Assembly (NCBI GenBank): GCA_025362675.1
Contig: JANYFN010000224.1
Location: 1 to 58,221, forward strand
Reading direction: 5' to 3'
DNA from: Limisphaerales bacterium
GTDB taxonomy: Bacteria > Verrucomicrobiota > Verrucomicrobiia > Limisphaerales > UBA11358
DNA: 58,221 nt
Of the stretch, positions 52,601 to 58,221 are shown one piece after another. The first letter of the stretch is position 1. Every line of letters starts with the position of its first letter. A program made the translations under genes and the position numbers. The notes beneath the pieces were generated by a model, which was given only the letters and a program-made list of their open reading frames with translations, did no database searches and was not told the origin of the DNA.

Positions 52601-53134
52601 GGGTAAACCATTTTTCTTCGCCTCGCGCTGCCATTCGCCGACCACATCGCGGTGCGGCCCGACGTTCACGGCGTTCCACGAATGAAATTTTGAATCCCAC
52701 AGATCGAAGTTGTCGTGATGCACGCCCATGCTGACGAAATATTTGGCGCCCGCCTTTTTGTAGATCTTCATCAGGCGCTCCGGATTCCAATTTTCCGCGT
52801 GCCAGAGCGGGATGATGTCTTTCCAACCGTTCGTTGAGGGATGGCCGTAACGCGCCAGATGGTCTTTGTAATCCGGCGAACCTTCCTCATACATTTTGCG
52901 CGCATACCAGTCGCCTTCCATCGGCACGGCCTGCGGTCCCCAATGCGCCCAGATGCCAAACTTCGCGTCGCGGAACCAGTCGGGACAAACGTAATTTGTC
53001 AGCGATCCCACTGCGCCAGAAAATATTCCTGGAACAGTTTCCATTTGCGCCGCTGGCGATGGCGATTGAGTCAAGACCAGTGCGACGGTGAGGCAAAGGC
53101 TTTTGAGCAGGGGATGATTTACTTTTTTATTCAT
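49658..53134 (-). CDS. Bifunctional GH29 fucosidase - CBM-like - Ig (He_PIG) - GH27 alpha-galactosidase fusion
   Basis: [19 protein letters not shown] (GH29); [17 protein letters not shown] (He_PIG); [37 protein letters not shown] (GH27). ATG 53134. Confidence 0.9.
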   Translation of the reverse strand: MNKKVNHPLLKSLCLTVALVLTQSPSPAAQMETVPGIFSGAVGSLTNYVCPDWFRDAKFGIWAHWGPQAVPMEGDWYARKMYEEGSPDYKDHLARYGHPSTNGWKDIIPLWHAENWNPERLMKIYKKAGAKYFVSMGVHHDNFDLWDSKFHSWNAVNVGPHRDVVGEWQREAKKNGLPFGVSEHLGASFTWFQTSHGADKTGAFAGMPYDGANPIFDELYHAPTAPGDNKWYTTSGAAQQEWFNRINDLMARYQPDLLYSDGGLPFGEVGRTLVANFYNRSIAAHDGKLTAVYNCKAAMGTGEFRSGSYVQDVERGVMPGISPLPWQTDTSIGDWFYNKHWKYQKLDWTVKMLVDIVSKNGNLLLNVVLRPDGTLDPEVETMLGQLSDWFGVNGEAIYGTRPWLVYGEGPARVKGGAFKEDFNFTAQDIRFTTKGKTLYAIALGWPAENKFTIRSLARTAVDGENEIKHVELVGHEGELKFTQTADALIVELPAGKTEALTCALRIAGDNLKAVISPVTAAIIRSDAKGNVILSATDAELHGAGIQLETQGGLPDIGFWNNPDESVSWKAQVSEAGVFKVSATIATADADVGFVVEVGSQIINGQAPLTGGWDKFQTIDLGQIQIKQPGELVVKFRSKDAASWKPINLNSVRLTPTSVTNDASATPIFTPKQAEILTPPAPNTPRINGPNVFGVRPGAPFLYTVPATGNRPMTFSADNLPPGLKLDSASGQITGALETKGEFTVILHANNSLGSADKKFRIVVGDDLALTPPMGWNSWNCWAGAVDQEKVLRSARAMVASGLTQHGWTYINIDDTWQGVRGGNFNAIQPNKKFSDMKTLCDEIHTLGLKTGIYSTPWVNSYGGHIGGSAENPAGDWTNSPTKSPRNKKFLPYAVGKYSFATNDAAQFAAWGFDYLKYDWNPIERPQVVEMADALRATKRDILLSLSNNSRDRLLDRIADIAPLVQCWRTTGDINDSWGSLSGIGFTQEPWTPFSKPGHWNDPDMLVVGWVGWGPRLHETKLTPDEQYTHISLWCLLSAPLLIGCDLEKLDAFTLSLLSNDEVLAVDQDALGKQAVCVTTNGNLRVYAKDLEDGSKAVGLFNLGDNEATVTAKWADLKLSGKQTVRDLWRQKNLGEFASEFTVSVPKHGVILARIRSRE

Positions 53135-53154
53135 GCGAAAAATGAAATGGCTGC

Positions 53155-55623
53155 TTATTCCGTGCAAAGCGTGACCGGGCCAAGCAGGCCGGATGAAACG
53201 AGCGGCGAATTTTTATTAAAATAATTCCAAGTGCTGAAAGTGAAGCGCTCCGCCGACGGACGCGGCTGACCTTTCACAAACCAATCGGGAAATGATTTCA
53301 GCGGCCCGCCGTTGCCGAAATCGCCTTGGCCATACTCGCAATCCGCCGGCTGTTGTTCGTCGCCGATCAAACGGTTTGCCCAGACATTCGTGACTTTAAT
53401 CTCAAGGTTGTTGCGCTTCGATTTTATGGCGGAAGAAATATCCACGCGCCACGGTGCGGTCCAGACGACGCCGAGATTTTTTCCATTCAACCAGACTTCG
53501 GCGAGGGCATGAACGGTGCCGAGATCTAAAAATAATTTTGAGTTTTTAGTTTTTAATTTTACGTCGGGGACATCAAACGTCTGCGAATAAACCGCCGTGC
53601 CGCTGAAAAATTTAATGCCGGGTTCGGTCCGCTTCGTCCAATCTTGAAGCGTGTCAAATGTGACCGGCACTTGCGGCCCGCCCCATTTTGGATCGAAGCT
53701 CACCTGCCACGGTCCAGTGATTTCGCTGGCGACTTTCAACTCGGGAATATTTTTCGCCGCCGCAACGCGTTCCAAGCTTGAAATTGGTTTGCGAAAAATA
53801 ACAAACCAACTTTCCGCCGCCGCAAATTCCAATGGCACAATTGTTTTGCCATCTTTGATTTCAAACTCCGGCAACTCCCGCCGCTCGCCGGTGACGGGAT
53901 TCCACAATTCCGGTTTTTTGCCGCTGACGCCAAAAGCGCAACGTGCTGAGCCATTCGTCCGCGCGAGGTTGGCGACGAAGAAAACATCCGCGCCATCCTT
54001 TTGCCGATGAATCGAGCGCAGATTTATTTTCCCAGAAACATCACTCGCGTTGAAATCATTGGCGGCGATCGCGCCCCATTGCAACAATGCCTGACAGCGC
54101 GTGAGGTATTGCACCCAGGCTTTGCCAGGTTTCCACCATGTCTGCGTGCGATCAAAATGCGTGCCCCATTGGCCCATCGCCATGCCGGGCTGATAACGAT
54201 CGTCATAAGGCTGATGCGTGAAGCGGTGCAGCACCATGCGGTTCACACCGTCGCAAAACGCCGCGTCGCCGATGGGCTTGAGCCACTCGGGCGTCTCGTT
54301 CCATTGGCTGTCCTCAGGCTTGCCCGTGAACGCCTCGGCCTCAATGAGATTGCGCCCCGCCGCGCGCACGGCCACGACGGTCGGTGCTAGTTCAAACGGC
54401 TCGTAACCGCCGTGTGTCGTCCAAAATTCTGTAACGATGCGGTCAACGTGCGGCACAGCGTCGTTGATGCTCCACGGGCCGCCGTAAGGTTCGCACATGA
54501 ATTTTAACCCGGCGGCGTGCAGCGTGCGTTCGATCACGGGGAAATAATTTTCGCGGTAAAGATCGTAAATAGTTTTTTCAAAATCCGCCTGAAACTTTTT
54601 AGTCTCGGCTTCACTGCCAATGGCGCGATGCGCCAGCGTCGGCAGAAAATCCGTGAGGTCGTAACCGCGACGCGTAGAAAATTCCTCGCGCATCTTGGGC
54701 GTCCAGCCGGGCGTGCGCGCTTCGTAGCTGTCGAAATGATAATAATTAAATCCATTGCCGAAGAGATCGCCGAGCTGATTTTTAGCATCGGCAATGATGT
54801 GGTTCATGTGGAACTCCACCGCCGCGGCGCTCATCTTATCGCACTCCAAACCGATGGCTTCCCACTGGCACGGCTGGAGCAGCGTGCCCATCGTGGTGCG
54901 GCCAAAACGATAAATAATCCATTCGCCCGGCGGCGCGTCCCAATCCAGTTTTCCATCGGCGGACATTTTCGCGGTGAGATCAATGATGTTGGTCAGCGCC
55001 ACAACATCATTGGCGGGCAAGGCTAGCACCGCGACGTCGCGGTAAAATTCCCGGCGCGCGGCGACTTTCGGTTTTTCGAGTTTGCCCGTGATGGGATTGT
55101 GAACGGGATACGGCTGCACCGCGCGCAAATCCGGTTTGGCCTGCGCCAGCGTGCTGGAAAAATGTGTTCCACCGTTGACGGGTGTTTGCGACCAGACAAT
55201 TTCCTGCATGGAAAGTTCCGGCGCGATCCACGGGCCGCCGCTGCTCTCGTAGCCCGCGCAGTTATGCACGCCAAAATCCAAACCGAGCCGCCGTGATTCC
55301 GCCGCCGCGTGGCGCACGAGCTGCCACCACGGATCGGTGAAGGTGACGACTCCCGGCGTGGGACAATTTGAAATCACGCCCGCCCACGGCGTGCAGGAAT
55401 CCGCGAGGCTGAAGACCATCGTGCCGGCAAAACCTTCTTCCTTCAACGCCTCTAGGTCACGCGTGATGCCGTTGCTGCTGACGTTACCACCCATCCACAT
55501 CCATAACACCTGCGGACGCGCAGCGGCGGGCGGATTCGTAAAGGCGTCTTCCAGCGTGTCCGCCGAGGCGATGCGCGGGAACAGCAGTCCGAGACTAACG
55601 ACCAAAAATAATATTTGTTTCAT
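53155..55623 (-). CDS. GH106-like (alpha-L-rhamnosidase-type) glycoside hydrolase
   Basis: FTNPPAAARP..WMWMGGN..GITRDLE, SGGPWI, GLECDK, HFDSYE, EAEAFT, NRMVLH, SGLLGPV. Confidence 0.82.
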   Translation of the reverse strand: MKQILFLVVSLGLLFPRIASADTLEDAFTNPPAAARPQVLWMWMGGNVSSNGITRDLEALKEEGFAGTMVFSLADSCTPWAGVISNCPTPGVVTFTDPWWQLVRHAAAESRRLGLDFGVHNCAGYESSGGPWIAPELSMQEIVWSQTPVNGGTHFSSTLAQAKPDLRAVQPYPVHNPITGKLEKPKVAARREFYRDVAVLALPANDVVALTNIIDLTAKMSADGKLDWDAPPGEWIIYRFGRTTMGTLLQPCQWEAIGLECDKMSAAAVEFHMNHIIADAKNQLGDLFGNGFNYYHFDSYEARTPGWTPKMREEFSTRRGYDLTDFLPTLAHRAIGSEAETKKFQADFEKTIYDLYRENYFPVIERTLHAAGLKFMCEPYGGPWSINDAVPHVDRIVTEFWTTHGGYEPFELAPTVVAVRAAGRNLIEAEAFTGKPEDSQWNETPEWLKPIGDAAFCDGVNRMVLHRFTHQPYDDRYQPGMAMGQWGTHFDRTQTWWKPGKAWVQYLTRCQALLQWGAIAANDFNASDVSGKINLRSIHRQKDGADVFFVANLARTNGSARCAFGVSGKKPELWNPVTGERRELPEFEIKDGKTIVPLEFAAAESWFVIFRKPISSLERVAAAKNIPELKVASEITGPWQVSFDPKWGGPQVPVTFDTLQDWTKRTEPGIKFFSGTAVYSQTFDVPDVKLKTKNSKLFLDLGTVHALAEVWLNGKNLGVVWTAPWRVDISSAIKSKRNNLEIKVTNVWANRLIGDEQQPADCEYGQGDFGNGGPLKSFPDWFVKGQPRPSAERFTFSTWNYFNKNSPLVSSGLLGPVTLCTE

Positions 55624-55735
55624 GGGGTGCGGATTGTCAGGCCGGAAAATTATAGAATCCGCCCGTGTCCGTATAGTCGAATACTAGATGCTAAATTTCC
55701 GTTGTGGAAAGTGGAAGCCTTGGTCGCTGGGAGTT

Positions 55736-56581
55736 TCACTTCCAGCCCGGGAAGCGGATGCCCTGATAAATGAAGTCATAATCGGGGCCAGCGGTTGGGC
55801 CACCACCCGGAATGCCACCCGTAACACCACTGGCGGCGGCAGCTTTGCCAGCGGCGATGAGATTCCCATTGAGCCATTTGTGGCTCTCTGCATGGCCGTC
55901 AGCAAATCCATAAGTGCTGACGTTCCCGTGATAAATGGGGATCGGATCCTGCCACATAAACCTCACGTTGCCTCCCGTCCAAATCACTTCCCAACTGCCC
56001 TCGTTGTAGCCGCGGCTATCCACATCCTCGACAAAGGTAAATGTTTGAGAGGATGCACTTATATTACTATATTTTGTATAAGTAGATCCAAAGCCAACAT
56101 AGTTGAAGTTGGGATCACCGGCAAAATTTTGAGCCTTGGAGTAACTATCATAAGCCCACCCAACATTAGGTAACGAGCCGACCGGAAGCCTGGTGCGAAC
56201 ATCGCCCGGACAATGATAGGACCCAACATTGGGTGCATATTGGTAAAGCGGATTATTGGTGCGTAAACAGTCCTGAACCATTTGCTGCGCCAGATCTTGA
56301 GAAGTGCCGGCGACTGCCCACGGAGGTATGGCGGGTGCTCCCCAAAATCCGCCCCCGGTATTAAAAGGAACGATTAGATCATTGTTGTCGCCAGAAAACA
56401 TGATACTGGCGAGGCCGATTTGTTTTTGATTATTGATGCAAGCGGCTTGGGTCGCCTTCAATTTTGCTTTGGCCAAGGCCGGCAAAAGCATCGCCGCTAA
56501 GATGGCGATAATGGCGATGACCACGAGCAGTTCAATCAGGGTGAATCCCGCCCGGCTGTTTGTTTTGGTTCGTCCTTGCAT
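55736..56581 (-). CDS. Prepilin-type N-terminal cleavage/methylation protein with H-X9-DG motif
   Basis: [10 protein letters not shown]; CINNQKQ; YHCPGD; [13 protein letters not shown]. Confidence 0.92.
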   Translation of the reverse strand: MQGRTKTNSRAGFTLIELLVVIAIIAILAAMLLPALAKAKLKATQAACINNQKQIGLASIMFSGDNNDLIVPFNTGGGFWGAPAIPPWAVAGTSQDLAQQMVQDCLRTNNPLYQYAPNVGSYHCPGDVRTRLPVGSLPNVGWAYDSYSKAQNFAGDPNFNYVGFGSTYTKYSNISASSQTFTFVEDVDSRGYNEGSWEVIWTGGNVRFMWQDPIPIYHGNVSTYGFADGHAESHKWLNGNLIAAGKAAAASGVTGGIPGGGPTAGPDYDFIYQGIRFPGWK

Positions 56582-56602
56582 AAAAAAATCGTCTTAAAAT
56601 TT

Positions 56603-56633
56603 GCCGGCGGCGGAGAATCCTTCCGCCGCCAGC
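56603..56633 (-). other. GC-rich stem-loop between the LamG gene and the pilin-like gene
   Basis: Minus strand GCTGGCGGCGGA-AGGATTC-TCCGCCGCCGGC, followed by an AT-rich tract but no clean U-run. Confidence 0.55.
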
Positions 56634-56669
56634 GTTTGAATTATTAATTAAACCAGGCACGCGCCCCGC

Positions 56670-58221
56670 TCATTGGTGCAACCGGAAAAACATGGTTGCG
56701 CCCGTGTTGGTCGGGAGGGTGATTTGATAATTGAGACCAACGACAGTGATTTTTCCGTTCACCAACGACCAGAGGGCATTCGGTCCCAGCACCGGAGTTG
56801 ATTCGACGTGGAAGCTGCCGCTGGTGATCGGCCAAGACAGCGTCAAGGTTCCGGCTCCGGACGATACACTTACGCTCGGCGTAATGGTCGTGGTCGGCTG
56901 CGGCAACTGATCCGGTCCGAGTTGGTAGTCGGCTGCGACTACATTGCTGCTAAGGATGCCGCTGTAAATGCGGACTTCGCTGACGCCCGCGTTCATAAAC
57001 GGACGATTGCCGCTCGTGCCGGGAATGGACGCCGCAAAATTGGTATTCCAAATTGCCCGCCCAATCGTGCCCTGGTTGGTGCCCAAGGTGCTCAATGGAA
57101 TAGTCACGCCCGAGGCAGAACCAGAGAAGGCTCCGTTCGTATAAAGCGTCACGATGCCAGCCGCCGGATTGTAGGTGTAAACGTAATGCGCCGGGCTGGG
57201 CTGGCTGATGATTGAGTTATAATTCACACGGGTGCCAAGGTTGACGAGACCCGAATCACCCGCCGTCGTTTGAATCTGGAACGAGGACATCGCGTTGAAC
57301 CAACGGGCGAAGAAACTGATGAAATTCGCGCCGCTACCAGATGGATCTGTCGGGCCACCAAAGCCAATGAATGTATTGCCGTTGGCCCAACCATTGTTAG
57401 TCACCCAGCATTCCACGGTGACCGCTGCGAGACCGTTCAGCAAACCGCCGGGGATGCTCACATAGCTCGTGTCAGTGGCCGATCCGGTGTTGGGCAGCAC
57501 AGCATAGCCGCCGGCGAAGTTGGCGGAGCCTTGCAACGTGCCGTCCGCGCCGCCGATGGAATCATGGGCGATGGTGCCGCTGGTTTCATTGAAGCTCCAG
57601 CGGTGGGTCAGCGTGGCTGGCGGCAATTGATCCGGGCCGAGTTGGAAATCAGCCGCGACGGTGTTGCTGCTCATGATGCCGCTGTAAATACGGACTTCGC
57701 TGACACCCGCGTTCATCAGCGGACGATTACCGCTCGTGGTCGGAATGGAAGCGCCAAAGTTGGTGTTCCACACCGCGCGACCAATCGTGCCTAAATTGGT
57801 GCCAAGCGTGTTCAAGGGAATCGTCACGCCCGTCGCGGAACCGGAGATAACGCCATTCGTGTAAAGCACCACCGTGCCAACCGCAGGATTGTAGGTATAG
57901 ACATAATGTGTCGGGCTGGGAGCCGTGATGATCGAGTTGTAATTTACGCGTGTGCCGAGGTTGACAATGCCGGAATCACCCGCCGTCGTCTGAATCTGGA
58001 GCGCGGAAATCGAGCCAGCCCAGCGCGCGAAGAAGTTGATGAAGTTCGTGCCGCTGCCGGACGGATCCGTCGGGCCACCGAAACCAACGAACGTATTTCC
58101 GTTGGCCCAGCCGTTATTCGTCACCCAACATTCCACGGTGACGGCGGCGAGGCCGTTCAACAATCCGCCAGGGATGCTCACAAAGCTGGTGTCGCCCGCC
58201 GAACCGGTGTTGGGCAAAGCC
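56670..58221 (-). CDS. LamG/ConA-like repeat protein with FFRL tail (5' end beyond window)
   Basis: THRWSFNE, VTVECWV, HYVYTY...LYTNG, SEVRIYSG in two copies; ends TMFFRLHQ; the frame is open to the window edge. Confidence 0.85.
   Translation of the reverse strand, partial: ALPNTGSAGDTSFVSIPGGLLNGLAAVTVECWVTNNGWANGNTFVGFGGPTDPSGSGTNFINFFARWAGSISALQIQTTAGDSGIVNLGTRVNYNSIITAPSPTHYVYTYNPAVGTVVLYTNGVISGSATGVTIPLNTLGTNLGTIGRAVWNTNFGASIPTTSGNRPLMNAGVSEVRIYSGIMSSNTVAADFQLGPDQLPPATLTHRWSFNETSGTIAHDSIGGADGTLQGSANFAGGYAVLPNTGSATDTSYVSIPGGLLNGLAAVTVECWVTNNGWANGNTFIGFGGPTDPSGSGANFISFFARWFNAMSSFQIQTTAGDSGLVNLGTRVNYNSIISQPSPAHYVYTYNPAAGIVTLYTNGAFSGSASGVTIPLSTLGTNQGTIGRAIWNTNFAASIPGTSGNRPFMNAGVSEVRIYSGILSSNVVAADYQLGPDQLPQPTTTITPSVSVSSGAGTLTLSWPITSGSFHVESTPVLGPNALWSLVNGKITVVGLNYQITLPTNTGATMFFRLHQ
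56900..58221. repeat. Intragenic tandem duplication, period 720 bp (240 aa)
   Basis: CCGGTGTTGGGCA at 57484 and 58204; near-identical protein blocks. Confidence 0.85.

Noticed and set aside
8473-55687. Long antisense ORFs (e.g. 8473-9330, 31007-31756, 35812-36885, 50048-50881, 51512-52390)
   Set aside because: They lie opposite well-supported genes, which is typical of GC-rich codon bias; no family motifs.
1-58221. rRNA, tRNA, riboswitch or CRISPR array
   Set aside because: None recognised by eye; an Infernal/Rfam scan would be needed to exclude small RNAs in the longer intergenic regions.

Overview
A 58-kb glycan-utilisation region, most likely from a Verrucomicrobiota bacterium (inferred from PEP-CTERM, many [11 protein letters not shown]9-DG pilin-like proteins, orphan autotransporter-repeat giants and a beta-propeller/Y_Y_Y sensor). 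There are three gene blocks. (1) A minus-strand block, 25.4 kb to the left edge: three giant surface proteins (one split by a 1-bp frameshift, one carrying a GH128-like domain), a PEP-CTERM protein, two pilin-like proteins, a GH29 and a propeller sensor kinase that is absent from the ORF track. (2) A divergent plus-strand block, 25.9-44.0 kb: three sulfatase-family proteins, GH29, an SGNH esterase, a Tat FAD oxidoreductase, GH116, a sialate O-acetylesterase-like protein, a secreted RbsD/FucU-like protein, two pilin-like proteins and GH50. (3) A minus-strand block from the right edge to 47.2 kb: a LamG-repeat protein, a pilin-like protein, GH106, a GH29-GH27 fusion and GH95. No SusC/SusD, TonB-dependent or ABC transporter is present. 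The strongest unannotated signal is a 16-bp 7-2-7 palindrome, consensus TCACGAG-WW-CTCGTGA, found at six intergenic sites. Each site is followed, towards its gene, by a -10-like hexamer 22-23 nt away, the geometry of a class II activator site at about -43. It links pilin-like genes, giants sharing a C-terminal [FY][FY]RL tail domain, and the enzymes into one candidate regulon and SusCD-independent glycan-capture system.
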